A stretch of DNA of 63,082 nucleotides, filler included, from Bigelowiella natans CCMP2755 (GCA_000320545.1; 5 parts of 5 records of this genome joined end to end with filler, not necessarily neighbours in it), one strand, 5' to 3'; shown: positions 11,499-25,767, counted from the first letter of the whole stretch. Notes: generated from the letters alone by a model not told the origin. Program-made: numbers and translations.

Positions 11499-14400
11499 GC
11501 AGCAGTAGCGACATCAACTGCAGCAACGGCGGTCGGCTGCAACCCCACTTGCGATTAGGAAAAAAAACGGTTTTGGACGAAGACGAATCTGTCGGTGTTT
11601 CAATGGAAAGCGGAGAACCCTAGAGGGCCAACCCTTACGTCTTTAGGCGCAATGATTCCTGTGTATGTGTCGCTTCTCCGCACCTTAATCTGACGTCGGT
11701 TATGTAGCATGTCCCCTTTTGGTTCTCGGGAACGATGAACTCGTAGATACCATTGTTGACCTTTGTCCCTCCAGTCCCCTTCATCGCGGCCTCTCCAAAC
11801 ATCTTATACCTACGAGGAAGAAAATGGAGAGGATGAGAGGGAGGGAGGGGGGAAGATGACGCTTTTTACGTAGCACTTACACACAAACACAAACGCGCGC
11901 GCGCGCGCGGGGAGAGAGAAGAGAAACGAGAGAAAAGAGAGGGAGAGAGAGGGAGAGAGAGAGAGAGATCTCAGTGTTGTTGGCATCATAATAGCATGAC
12001 TTTCCGTCGCCAGAAAACATCTTAGCTTTGGGGTCATCTTCGCCGTCAGCACCGCTCTCCTCCTGCGGATCCAGCTCCTCATCGCTATCGCCATAGTCGC
12101 TATCGTCCCCACACGTAAACACGCTCTCCCAGCAAGATTTGTCATCATCCTTGTGGCGCTTGATGAGGTCGGCGTTTCGGAAGCACATCGCGATAACTTT
12201 CCCTTTCTCAAACCTGATTTTTATGGCCTCCACCGGAGAACTACTGCCTGTAATGTTTCCGTTGGAGTCAGCGCCCAAGGCAAAAATTGCAACGATTGGA
12301 AATGGTAGAAGGGGGGGGGGGGGAAGCGGAACGAACATGGAGACAAGAAGGAGTTGAAGAGGCAATTCTGCTGATTAAGTCACCGATGCTCACCACAAGG
12401 CAGGATTCTCACAAAAAAATCAGCACAAAAATAGAAGACACGCCTCCGCCTGAACATGATCGATCACTGACGTGATTTCAAGTGATGCGAGGGGGGGGGG
12501 GGGGGGCATAAAACAGGCGAGCACGGAGAAACCAATGCGCGAAAAGAATCTAATCGAAATACCAGTGAAGAAGTTCTCAATACTCATTCCTCGGTTGACG
12601 GCGTCCATAGTTGTCAACGACCTGGAGGGGGGAGCGACACGACAACAACGCCGACGTCAAACACAAGCGGTTTGGATTAAAAACGCAGGCATGCGCGGGA
12701 AAAATCGGCGGGTCAAACCGCCATGATTCTCCCACTTTCTACGCACGCAGCAACAACAACGAGAGGCTTCTATTGGTCGCAGCGGTCACGTACCCGCGTC
12801 TCTTGACAGAGCTTCGGCGTCGCCCGAACGAAAACACCTTCCCCTGCTTTTCTTCTATTTGCTTTATTCGATCATACTGCAGGCCCAGATTCACCGAGTA
12901 GCACAGCGTCGAGCTTTGCGACGATTTCTTCTTTCCGAGGAGGTAGGGCCAGAGAGACTCCTGGCGTCTTTTCTTCTGCTTGAGCTCCGGCGTGATTGAA
13001 GGGACCAGCGGAACGATGACCACGGCATAGATGAGGACAACGACGAGGAGGAAGAGGACGTAGGCGAACAAGCCCTGGGTCATCGTGTTGATGGAGAAGA
13101 GCTCCTTCGTCAGGGGAACCACAAAGATTACAATCCCGGCATTTGTCAGGATAGAGATGCAAATGAAGATGGTGAGAACGGAGTTCCAGTTCCCGGAGGA
13201 GTTGGCCGCGTACGGTTGAGGCCTCTGCATGATCGACAGGAGCTTGCTAGAGTCCACGTTCACTTCCACCATGTTGCTCACGAGGGCTAACAGCGGGGAG
13301 AGAGGAAAGAGCGCTGAGAAGAAGGTAACATAACCAAACTGGCGGAAGATCTCCTCGTACTCCTCCAAAACGCCCTCGAATTCAGGGCTTTTATATTGCG
13401 TTGTCAGCACCTTCGAGGCCTTCCTCGCCGCAGCAGCTCGCGCGATTTCCTCCGGAGTGCCCCTTTCCTTACCGGCCTTTTTCTTTCCTTTCCTCCCCTC
13501 GCACTGCTTCAACACCCACGGAACCCCCAGCTCTAGAGTGTTGTCGATGATGATCATACTGATGAACACACCACGCAGGATGTTCCCGGTCGCCTCCGCG
13601 CACGTGACTTCCCCGCAGCCCCCCTCCACAATCGTCTTCAAGAAGGCCGTGTAGTACATGATCCCGAAGTTGATGACGAAGTCGAAGAAGCTGAGCCGCA
13701 GCAGCAGGGCTTGCTCGTAGTCCTGCACAGTCCTCGGGTTCTGATAGTCCGTCAGCCATACCGCCATCGACTTCGTCACGTACCGCGACATGGCGATCAC
13801 GACGGCGAAGACCGTGCCCACGATGGGGGTCCCCTCCAGGTAGCGCTCCACCCACGACGCGGAGGCGATCACGCCGCCGATGAGCAGAAGCGAGAAGGCC
13901 ATGATGACCAGGAGGAAGCACAGGCGCAGCATCTGGCCAGACTCGTCGTAGCTAATGCCCCCATCCACGGCCGAGTACTGCACCACGCCGTGGTACTCCG
14001 GTCGGATCCTGGCCTTCGGCTCGAAGCTAGCACACCCCCAGTGCAGCGCCAGCGCCGCCTCGTTTCGCAGATGGTACTGCCTCCACACAAGAGAGTTCAG
14101 GATGATGATGCAGCAAAACATTATCGTCGCCCCGTCAGGGCTCGCAGCCGTCCTCTGCACAACGAACATGATGACCCCGGACAGCGCTGGTAGTATGAGC
14201 TCCACCTTGGTGTACACGCGGAGAAACTCGAAGTAGAAGGCGATTTTCTGGCCAAAGTACTGCTCGATGAGATCGATCGGTTGCTGCATTGGCCAGACGT
14301 CTCTCCACTTCAATCTCTCCCTCTCTTGCCCCTGCGGCGCGTCCTGCTTCTTTTTCCGGCTGCCGCAGCAGCAGGAGAAGTTGATGAGATTCAGCTCACG

Positions 14401-16110
14401 CTTTATCTGGCGGCGCTTGAACTCGTTGTGGAGCGGAAACGAGCTCTCGAATATCGCTTCGTATTTATCGTCGAGATCCAGCCCGAAAATCGCGTCTTCG
14501 GAGTTGAGGATCTCATCGACGATGTAAAGGATGTCCACTTCTCGAAAGGGCGTGTTAACCCACGAGGCGCCCCTTCGGGCCTGGGTCGGGTATTGCATGT
14601 ACAGAGCTTCGTTGGCCTGGATCTCGTACTGCGAGAAATTGTCTTGCCAAACAGAGTGAGTCTGACCAAAGTGGATTGCCAACTTTAGCCCGAGGTCAAA
14701 ACCTACCACGTGCGACCTTGACGGGTGCAGTCTTAGAATGATTTTTAGAGTCTCCGCCCACCGCCTAATCTCCTGTACAGTTGGCGATATGAGCAGAAAA
14801 AGAACCTTTTTGTCATTGGAAGCGTCTGTCGTGGGCCGTATAAGAATTGCATTCTTGAATGTAGCGTGTAGGTCTTCCAAAAGACTCAGGAGCTGGCGCT
14901 TCCTATTTGCGGATCGCCGCTTTATTTTTATTCTCTCGGGAACGGTCTTGCCTTCCAACTCTTCTTCTTCGTACTGAAATCAAGGCAAGGAAAGTTAACG
15001 ATGACGAAGATGGTAATTATGATGACAATGATGCTAATTGATTGATTCGCTTGACCCATAGTGGTATTGATGTAACTCAAAACAGATAAGGAGGCAACAT
15101 CGATGCCATGCCAATAATTAGCAGGGCACCTTGAAGTCTTTGAGGCAAAGTGCGTAGATGGGCCCATATTGATAATCTGAGATGTCCAGCTCGTCGTTAT
15201 AAAAACTGCTGCTGTCGGAACTCGTATCTGACTTCGTATCCGACTGCGAGTTGAACCCTAATGCAGCCAGCATTTGCATCAGAGAAAAACAACAAACAGC
15301 GGGACCACACCACACAGAAACGGAGTTCAACTTGAAGCAAAACGTCCAAATATACCCTTGTGGAGCAATCTACTATAAATGGAAACTTGGAATATCTACC
15401 TATCGGTCCAATTCTCGTCATGAACCACCCCCCCTCCCATCTTCCAATCCACATTGAGTTTACTACCTTGCTGTTCGGGCTCGTCAGAGGATGTTGTTCT
15501 CCTCCCTTCCGAAACAATCTCCAGTTGATATTTCTTGCTGTCAGATAAAGATGCGGACGATGCTTTTTCCCCTTTGACTGTGGTCCTAATTGACCTTTTA
15601 GTAGAGGAGCCTCTCGATCTTCTCCGGTGGGTGGTTTTTGCTGCCCTTTCATTCTGTTTTCTCTTGGTGCTAGGTTTGCGGGAGGATAACGGGGTATCAC
15701 CTACGGATCGATCGAGCAGCTCGTTCCAATCGTCCAACGCATTCTGGTGTGATGGTCAACTTTAATATTGGGGGTAGCATAAATTTTGACTTTTTCTTTA
15801 CCGCAATATCGTTCATTCGTAGCTAAAATTTTACCTTTGTTTGATCCCCCTCCAGCTTTATTGGTGATTTGAGTCTTTCCTTCTCCCTCTCCTGCTCTTC
15901 CAGGAATATCTCTCGCATTTCAATTTTCTTCTTGCCCTTCTTCTGCTGTCGTCGCTGTGGCCGATGGCTACTCTCATTGTCCTGCTTTCTTCTTTTCTCC
16001 AATTTCCTCACCGAGACTTTAAGATCCTTGTTAAGAAAATTGGCCCAAGCTTTAGTAGCCCTATCTTTTTCAGTCATCTCCAGGCTTTCTTCCCCGGCCC
16101 CCCTCCCCAA
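9991..16110 (-). CDS. Anoctamin/TMEM16 family Ca-activated channel/scramblase, multi-exon, with long N- and C-terminal extensions
   Basis: The large exon (~12794-14973) carries family motifs QPIDLIEQYFGQKIAFYFEFL, LTDYQNPRTVQDYEQALLLRLSFFDFVINF and EEYEEIFRQFGYVTFFSALFPLSPLLALVSNMVEVNVDSSKL. Upstream exons (15130-15255, ~15468-15760, ~15836-16110) and downstream exons down to the stop at 9991 splice in frame (e.g. KRRG|SLTTMDAV, NPALW|FEKGKV, GDGK|YKMFGE). Family call is confident; the termini are less so. Confidence 0.9.
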
Positions 16111-16449
16111 ATGCAGAAGATGGAGAGGGACTCAGCTGCGTTGATCGCCGTTGTGATGTTGTAATAATAGAAACGGCATTAATCCATGCGAAAAGAAAGT
16201 AAATTCGCCTTCAATATAATCCTGCGACACGAACCAAAAACGTTTCATAGTGAAAAGTTTCTTGCTTTATTGCACTGCGACAAAGACATTCCATCAATCA
16301 AAACCCTTCTATAATTAATTATCCTCGCCCATTTTTGGGCAGATTTGCCAAATTGGCAACTTTTTAGATGGTTTTCCAGCCTGCGACAAGCCTTGGAGCC
16401 ATTTTCTCATCAGAATTACGCCAGATTTCTGTTTGAACGGGTGGGAAGA

Positions 16450-17213
16450 ATGGCGACGGCGGCGGCTGCGACCGCGGCTGCAGAGCCCCATGACCAGGCA
16501 AGCGACTCCAAATTGTCTACCTAAGTGCTAGTTAGCGTCCACCGAAAGCCACATTTTCTTGATTCGTTCATTCTCGTTTTGGTCAGCTGTGTGCATCTCT
16601 TGACGCTTGTGTCCAAGGGGTTCTGCGAGCGAAAGACTCGACCCAAGGTTACTATCAGAATTAGTTTTCTTGTCAGTATGGGGAGGATGAGGAAGCGTTG
16701 TAACAGTACAGTTTAAACATATGTGCGTATGTGTTTTTCAGAGGAAACTCTGCTGCGGATCAAGTCGTTTTTAAAGCAAGTTGAGAACATCAGGAGCAGT
16801 AGCCGCGTGAAGACAAATGAAAGCAGTACTACAGGCCCAGAAATCAGCAAGGTGGGCGTGGATATATGTATGCATTGCTCTCGTAAATGTATGCCCCACG
16901 AAGCTGATGTATCTTCATTATTAGGAAATAAAACAATTAACAGAAGAACTGAAGATGAAGCGAAATCTTGTAAGGAATTATGAAGCTAAACTGGAAGAAT
17001 GGAAAAAATCATTGATACGATTGAGAGAAGAAAATGAAGAAACATTAGAAAAGGCAAAACTTGCACCTCGCCGAAATGGCCCGCCGCCAATTCAGAAGAG
17101 TAAAAATGCAGAAGGGGGAATACAGTCAAAACGATAATTGTACCTCAATGCCATTACAGCAGGTTAGTCCTACTGTTATTGTTAAACGAAGTCTGAGACA
17201 TCTCGTCAAATAA
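16450..17213 (+). CDS. Mediator subunit MED28-like small protein (4-5 exons)
   Basis: Spliced product MATAAAATAAAEPHDQ|LCASLDACVQGVLRAKDSTQ|EETLLRIKSFLKQVENIR...EISK|EIKQLTEELKMKRNLVRNYEAKLEEWKKSLIRLREENEETLEK. The C-terminal helix resembles plant/animal MED28 (KEIAMMEEELKVKDELIKK...WRKEL). The last exon is uncertain. Confidence 0.5.
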
Positions 17214-17409
17214 AGTATGTGTGCTTTCTCCATGGCATCTACTTCCTTGTGTCCTCTTCCTCTATATGTACAATTGTGTAGTATCATAGCACACATAGTA
17301 CATGTGTGCGCGCACTGCAGACGGCGATTCATATATAAAGATATAGCTTAAGGCAGTGCTCAATACAAGCTTTACAGCAGCAGCTATATGTAAAAACCAT
17401 ACATAAATG

Positions 17410-17462
<53 letters not shown>

Positions 17463-17741
17463 CAAGCTAGCAACGCTAGAATGCGCTTGCAAGCCGCGCC
17501 TTTTTTCTGTGACGCTATGGCGATCCAGAGATGCCAAGCTGCATGCTAGCATGATGCGATGATGGCACAGCCTAGGTTGCAAAGCAATTAGAGCCCATAA
17601 TGCACATGTTAACTTCGAGAGAGTCATCACAAAGCAAGTTCGGTGGGGCCGGTAGGTCGAAAGGCTGATCATGAACACTCTCAAACTACGCCAGCATGAC
17701 GATCGAGGCTACTTTAGGCGCCATTGAAGTGCCATCGATCA

Positions 17742-19912
17742 TCATTCCGCACTCAACGCCGCGGAAGCTGCTGCCCCCGTCTCGTCCACAAACGACTTAT
17801 ACATGTCCTCGATGTCGTGGAGTTGGCTGTCGCCCTGCTTTTCCGTCCCGTGCGACTCGCGTGAGGCGAGCGCGCGTGGCGCTGCATGATACCCTTGCGA
17901 AACGGTTGGATCTGCCTCTGCCAAAATTCTGTCAAATGCATAATCGTCGCCGCCCCCCCCTGACTCAAGACTAGCCAGCTCTGCATTGGCGGAGGGGGGT
18001 GAGGATATGCCAACTTCCTTGGCCACTTCCTCTATTAGCTTTCGGCTGCTATTGTTATCACCCTTCTCACCCGTATCTTCCAGCTTCATAGCATCATTCT
18101 CATCGTTATTCCCGCCTTCCCCGGCGACGGCAGAGTCCAACAACGCTCCGTCCTCGTCGCCCTCCCCCGCTTCATTTTTAAAGCGAATATCGGCCGTTGT
18201 CGCAGAAGGGGACTGAACAAATTCGATTCTCAGGTCGCAAGCAAAAACTCGCAAAGGAACACTGGCATTCGAAGACTAGCTACAATATCGATGCATCCGG
18301 ATCCTTGTGCTACACATTAATGTGTAGCACAAGCGCATTCTATCATCGTGCTCAGCAAATCGATTTTTTTGGAAAAACACACTTACACACTTACACACTT
18401 ACACTTACACTTACACACACACACACACACACACAAAGAGGCGATTATCTAAGCTATGCGAGTTTGCTCTCTCCACACAAATAACCCTGAGATCCTTGTC
18501 GTCGTCATCGTCATTGTTCCCCTCGCCTCGGAGAGGAGGAAGGCCAAATGCAGCTCTGACCTCGGAATCTTCAAAAAGACACGCACGTATTACGCATTGC
18601 CGGAGAACTCATCAAACACATGACGCGCGGGCATGTGCATACGCTAAGTACACGACGCCAGTAAGGATAAATGACTCACCTTTAGCTGACGGCGAGTCGT
18701 AATAATTGCTGTAAGGAGGGGGAGGGGGAGGAGCTCCATATCCTGATTTTCCGTACAAGTCGCTGCCTTGGTCTCCCCCTCCCCATTTCGGATCGAAATA
18801 GGGTGTCGGTAGTAGCGGAGAAGATAGCGATTGCCCCTTATACGTTATAAGAACAACATCGTCACGAGGAAGGAAGAGGGAGAGCGGCATCGTGCAAAGA
18901 TTACCAGTGAAAAACAAATTTCCTCTTCCCCCCCCCCCCCCACCCCCCCCCTCTCTCTCTCACTCGCATTTCCCCATTTCTTCTCCTCTATGTTTGGGAA
19001 AGAACTATCTTATTCACGATTTCGTATGGATTATGCAAAAACCTACCTTTTCACCACCGTCGGAACCTCTCCCCATCATCTCGTTGCAATACTCACAATC
19101 GCCATGGGTATAGCAATTTTCGCATCCCCTCCTCCTCCTGTACCTATCATTCAACGCATGGGGACGGGTGAGAGTGTCATTGACGCTGTACTTGCGTCTA
19201 TCATGGTATCTGCCAGCATATATACACGCGTGCACGCAAACATGATCCGTTGATACCCCCTCCTTTTGGAGAGGACAAAGTATGAGGAGAACTAGGAAAA
19301 GTGCCGACCATTTGCCGTTGTAGTAGTAGTATCCCTTCGTGTTTTGGTCGCGGCCGCTCTTTTTTGCACGGTTATAGAAGGCGCTTGTAGGTAGGAGCAG
19401 CGACCGGAAAATCTGCGAAAGCGAAGGCACACCAACAAATGCATTCAGCGACCCGCTTTTCTGTACGACTATCGCTTCGATATCGCTTTGTTTTTTGTGA
19501 TTGCTGCTGTTTCTCACTATGTGCGGCTCGGGTATCTATAAGTGCGGCTGCGACAGCAGCAGAAGGTCAGCTGGGGGGAAAGCTACGACGATGGCGGTCT
19601 ACCTGATGTTCTTCAAGACTTGCTCTCATTTTCGAAAGGGCCTGACATTTATGATCGAAATGGTGATGATGATGAAGAAGATGATGATGATGACGATGAA
19701 TGAAAATGGATAATGACGCTAGCAAAGTGCATCCGACGGATTTATGTTAGATACACTTCATTGGATTCTGTAGTTTATTCTCGCAGCAAGGCGAACAATT
19801 GCAATGGCTCTCTGTGTCTCTCTATCCGCAGTACTCAAGCAAAACGCGAAAATGAGTGCGTTGGAGTTGGACATATCCCCCGAGATGAGGAGGGAGACCA
19901 AAAAAAAAATAT

Positions 19913-19954
<42 letters not shown>

Positions 19955-20595
19955 GTATTGATGTATCAAAACGCGTCTGACGGCATAAAGCCTGGCGCAT
20001 CATTCGCAGCACCTGGTCGGCGAGCGTGAGTGAGCGTGAGAAGTGCTGAAAGGCCTTTTGCTTGGCCTCTCTCGAGGAGTCCACTGCATACTTCAGAGTC
20101 TCTCCCTGCGAGCTCAGAGACTCTCCCATTGCGTACGCGCTGTTTACCTTGGCCTTCCAATCACTAATACGGAGATCAGAAACGCGTTGGCGGTTAGAAT
20201 GTGATTGCATGAATCCTTTCGAGGGGTGACGGGGTCATCTAGCGAGTACATGTGTTGTTGTGATGCGAAACGCCTCGTGGCGCGTGTTGGTATGAACAAG
20301 GTAGAGCTCTTAGAAGCAAAGAGCAGCTCGTCTAATGGTCAACGTACGCGAGGTAGCGATTGAGATGGTTTATCCTCGTCCGAAGGGCGTGCAGCTGCTT
20401 TCGCTTCTCTTCAAGGAGCGTGGTGTTGATGAGTGGTGATGCGCCCTCGGAGGACTTCTGAAATGCGTACGAATTTGCATATTTTGAATCCCACGCACAC
20501 GCACACATATGAGAGTATATTTAATACATCACTCACTTATTACTACACCTTCAAGTGAAGGCATTCTAACAAATGCGCACACTCACACACACACA

Positions 20596-20631
<36 letters not shown>

Positions 20632-20721
20632 GAGCCAGACCTTAATCTCCACTGCCAGCTTCTCCTTTGCTACCGCGGCTTTGGTTGTCGTAACCTTCGC
20701 ATTCGCCTGAGCACATCATTG

Positions 20722-20761
<40 letters not shown>

Positions 20762-20891
20762 TGAGCGACAGAAAGTCACGACGCCCTTTGAAAACTGCGA
20801 TCGACATTGAAACGGCAATACCGATCTACAGTGCGTCTGTCCTTGGCATTTGCAAGCAAAAGGGCAATGAAGACGATTATATCACCAGCAG

Positions 20892-20922
<31 letters not shown>

Positions 20923-21507
20923 ACTACTACTACTACTGTTACAGCTACTACTGTTACTACTTCTACTGTTTTATGAAACTCAAACTTGCAATTTTCCTCC
21001 CAAAGTCTTCTCCACTAATACCCACCTTGCTGAGCAAATCTTGATATTGCGACAGCGTGTCTTTGAGGTTTGCCATCAATTCCTTGTGCGCCTCCAAGGC
21101 CTCGGTCTCCTTCTCACGCAGCTTGCGCAGATGCAGGTTGACGCTCTTGATTCGTTTCTTAATCTCGGCCACAAGCTCGGCCTCTACACCTTCCTTTCTC
21201 TGTTGTGTTTGGCACGAGGAGAAATGGCAGCACGGGGAGATGTTTCGTAAGGATGTTGGTGCTATATATACTTGTTGGTTTCTCATCTTCGTCGTCGAGG
21301 AGAGATTAGTGGAAAAAAACCTGCTGCTCTGCTATTTTGTCGGTGATTTTTCCAATTTTTGTGTCTTGAGCCTCGATAGCCGCGTGCCATTTTCTTGTAG
21401 CAGCTTTCATCTGTTTCTACAAAAACTCACGTGGTCAGCCAAAAACAGCATTTTCGAATCGTGACAATGCGAAAGACATGTCTGCGCGCGCGTGCGCGCG
21501 CGCCGCG

Positions 21508-21555
<48 letters not shown>

Positions 21556-21913
21556 TCAAAACGTAATAAAATAACACGGAAGGCTTGAATCTCCTCTCTT
21601 TCTAGAACGCCGCTACACAGAAAAGCCTTCTTCAGTGCAAATGCCATTGGGACAGTTGGCATCTGCATCGAAGGACAGTCCTTCATCAATGAAAGGAACC
21701 CCTTCAACGCACGGCTACACGTGAACGACGACGACAACAACAACAACAACTTCCACTACTGCTACTGTTTCTACAACTAACTCTCCACACATCGGCTTGA
21801 CAACCAACCTCTCGGTTTGCTAGGGCAGTTGTGTAGGTTTCGATCTGCTCCGACTGCTTTTTGACGTACGCCTTTTGACACACAGCACGAAGGGCGGGAG
21901 AAGAAAAGGGGGG

Positions 21914-21973
<60 letters not shown>

Positions 21974-22500
21974 AAGAGAGAGAAAAATGATGAGAAAAGA
22001 CATGGCTACTAAACAGGCGCGGTCTCATCCCATACAGGTTATTGCTAAGGCTCCTACTATCCACCACATCCGTGCATGCGGAAAAGGCCGAAAGCGGAAA
22101 AAAACACAACATGCAGCACGAAAGCTGCACGGGCAAGCGTGAGCGCTCTTTCCCACAAAAATTGCGTTGAATTTTCGACAAAAAAACAGCTGAGAAGGCG
22201 AGGAAGTCTGTGGATCTCGGAGAATCAAGGAGTCCTTCAATGGGCTTTACTCCGTGAGAACATCTGCTTCGCTACTGTTTTTCTGTGCTTGTCAGCGTGT
22301 TGTTGCTCTTATTGTTGTTATTGTTATTCTTCTTGCTGTTGTTAAGTTTCGTATCCTCACCGTCGTATCGTCAAAGAGCTTCTTTGCGCTTGCATATTCG
22401 CCGGTGAGGTTGGCGTTGATGCCCTGGTGTTGGTGTGTTTAGCAAGGAGGGAAGGTTGGGAATCAATCATCGGCGAAAAATCACAAAATATTATAAAGAC

Positions 22501-22545
<45 letters not shown>

Positions 22546-22583
22546 TACGTGTATATAAATCTATCAGCCATATCGTGGGGGGA

Positions 22584-22619
<36 letters not shown>

Positions 22620-22807
22620 TCCATCTCCCAAAATTGGTGCGGGGGGGAATATTCCTCCTCTTAACCTTCCTCATACATCTACGGCTATATCACCATCAAT
22701 CATCATTATCATCATTATCACAGTCATCATCAGCATCATCATCATCATCATTTCTTTTCTTGAATGAATTTACCTTCTGCGCCGTGACGCCTACGAGAAG
22801 TACATAT

Positions 22808-22840
<33 letters not shown>

Positions 22841-23258
22841 TACACAAATACACACACAAACACTTGTCACAACAACATCGCCAACAACATAGAACCGTAA
22901 ACAAACTCAAGACTTGAGGCTGCAGCTAAGATCAAAGTACACTTGTCCCAAGTGCGTAGCAGAACACGATGTGGAGAATTAAACTCCTCATCGCTTGACC
23001 GACACCGACGTGAGATACAAAAATAGGCTATACAACGCTCTTTCGCGGCGCCGAAGTCTCTCTTATTTAAAGCAGCACCACAGAGATTATCAACGTACCT
23101 GAGAGCGTTTTGGCCTCTTCCTCCGCAAGTTTCTCCGTGTCGTCGAGCAGCTTCTTTTCCATCGATGTAATGGCCCCTTTCTAAAGAGGAGTAGGGTAGA
23201 AGGCGGCGATGGTGATGGTTATATTATCTCGAAATGCAGACAGAGGCTGTGTGTGTGT

Positions 23259-23295
<37 letters not shown>

Positions 23296-23416
23296 TGTGT
23301 GAGGAAATCCTTTGATTTGAAACAAAATCATACACCGCTCGATGCTGGCGCTAAAATACACGGGTTTGAAGGTAAATGTCACTCATTTCGAGAATTTTCC
23401 GCATACGTGTATATGC

Positions 23417-23452
<36 letters not shown>

Positions 23453-23541
23453 CCTCTCTTTTCCAACACGCTCTCTCTCTCCCCCCCCTTCTCTCGTTAC
23501 GTCATTCTCCAGAAACCATAAGAAATTAAACATATATGCTA

Positions 23542-23579
<38 letters not shown>

Positions 23580-24494
23580 TAGGTTAAGCAGCAGTACCAT
23601 CCCTTCAATCGTTCTCTCCAGCATTTCTCTCTGCTTCTCTTTGCTGATTTGTATACACATAATGACGAATCAAACACGGTTTTCGATGATGGTGGTGATA
23701 ATGATGATGGCGATGATGATGGTGATGCCATGGAATAACTCATTGAAACTGCTAAATCCACCACTTCTCGTTCTGGCATTTAAGAAACCTTGTTTGAACG
23801 ACCATAGCTGTCGCTGGCCTTCTCACTATTTATCCCTGTTCAGTACTATGCTACGGGTTAAAGGTACTTACTCTTTTGATATTCTGACGATGTTGTTAAG
23901 ATGCTTTTGTAGCAGCATGAGGACGTCCTGTGGGTTGTTGTTTGCGGCGATTTAGGTATCATTACCTTGCACGATTTTTTTGACTTTCTCATTTTAGCGT
24001 ATTGCAGTTAGTTGTAAGATGAGTTCTCTTTTATTCTCTCTCTCTTTCCCTCTCTCCCACCCGAAACTTCAAGGAGAAAGAAAGAGCAAAAATAATGACA
24101 ATGATAATGTGAGGTTGTAGAGGCATTGGCGCGCATAGGAAAGAGAAAGGGGTGTGTGGGAGGAGGGGGCGGGGGGGGTGGGGAGAATTCTTCACCTTCT
24201 TTCTGGAAACATCAGCTTTACGTTTGTGCTGATTGGAAACAAGATAATGCATAATCGTGCTCTTTTGTAAGAACGATGCTACCAACCCTCCCCCCCCTCT
24301 CACAAGACATACGCACTCACACGAGCACATGGGATAGTGAGTTTAATGAATCGGTTGGCAGCAGCGTGATGATCACCTTTTCGAACTTGACAGCTCTATC
24401 CAATCTGCGACGAACACATGCAAAGGAGGGGGGGAGGGGAAGTGAGTTAGACACGTCGTGATGGTAGGAAATAATAAGCATAAATATGTATATG

Positions 24495-24553
<59 letters not shown>

Positions 24554-24731
24554 TATATCATATAAAAACGTACTTGTGTAGCATTTTACAAAATATAATA
24601 AATGTAAGTAGCAGCGCCGCTCCTTTTGCATCTGTTTACCTTTGGATTTCGGCTATTATCGGTCGCAACTGGCCTTCTTTTTCTACCGGAAAAACGAATC
24701 ATCGAAAAGCACACACACACACACCCAAACA

Positions 24732-24769
<38 letters not shown>

Positions 24770-25334
24770 GTATGAAGAGAGCACCAGCACATATCATCAG
24801 CCTGAAGTTGCTGCTTGAGAGCTATTTGCTTCTCGTTCGAGTAGGATTTTTTATTTTTTTACGCAACTATCATTGTCATCATTATTTTTAAAACTCGTTA
24901 CAGACCGGTGAGGTTTTGCTTGAGCGATGTGAGCTCCACTGTAATGTCCGCATTTCGTCGGATGACTAGGTAAACATAGCGACTATGTCGATTACGGCTG
25001 CAAGGGGAAGAGGAAAACCCTCGCTGAGGACATGTAGATCTGTGAAGTGCCTTTACCTGAGGGGTCGTCTGCGCTATTCTTCATACGTTCATTTTCTTTG
25101 GATAGCTCCGCCTTGCGAGCCTATTGATGATGACCACGACGTCAAAAACGGTGGTGATGATGATGATTCCCCCTTCGTTTGTGATTTACCAGAAAGGTTT
25201 AAGCTCGAAGCTGGTATTCTTATGATATTATTTTTCGTCTGTGCATATACCTCTTGGCCTTGTATCGACTTGTTCAAGTCGTTTAGATAAGCATGAAGCT
25301 TTCCTGACAAATATATATATATATATATATATAT

Positions 25335-25373
<39 letters not shown>

Positions 25374-25767
25374 GTTTTCTTTCAAGTAACATCATCGATC
25401 GAAAGAAAAAGGCAAACAAACTGCTTCAAACCCATATTTTTCTGCTGTTTGCCAAAGATCTCTCGAAGCGTGCCGATGTAGGCATTAGCACTAGCCAATC
25501 TGATAATATAATTGAGTCGCCATATGTGAGAGCTGACGAGCATACGAACGAGTCTAAGCATATTGAATGGACGCCCCTTGCACATCGATCTAAATAGATA
25601 CTTCACGCTGGTTGTTCTGTCCGTTTCTACCCGTTCTCCTCATTTCGTCCCGATTCCCCGTATACCAGAGCCTTCACCCCTCCCGTGTTAGCAGCGGCTT
25701 GATTGTTGACATCGAGATGCACACCGTGCGCCAAAAGAAAAGCGATGTTTAATGTCCACAAGGCCAT
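17742..25767 (-). CDS. Large multi-exon coiled-coil protein with predicted signal peptide and acidic/low-complexity C-terminus
   Basis: Many GT/AG-bounded heptad-rich exons (KGAITSMEKKLLDDTEKLAEEEAKTLS; MKAATRKWHAAIEAQDTKIGKITDKIAEQQ; EGVEAELVAEIKKRIKSVNLHLRKLREKE). Putative start MALWTLNIAFLLAHG at 25767; terminal exon ends SAALSAE* at 17742. Could be two genes. Confidence 0.55.

Noticed and set aside
18380-18414. (ACACTT)n hexamer as an interstitial telomere repeat
   Set aside because: Not a TTAGGG-type G-rich unit; it grades into a (CA)n tract inside an intron.
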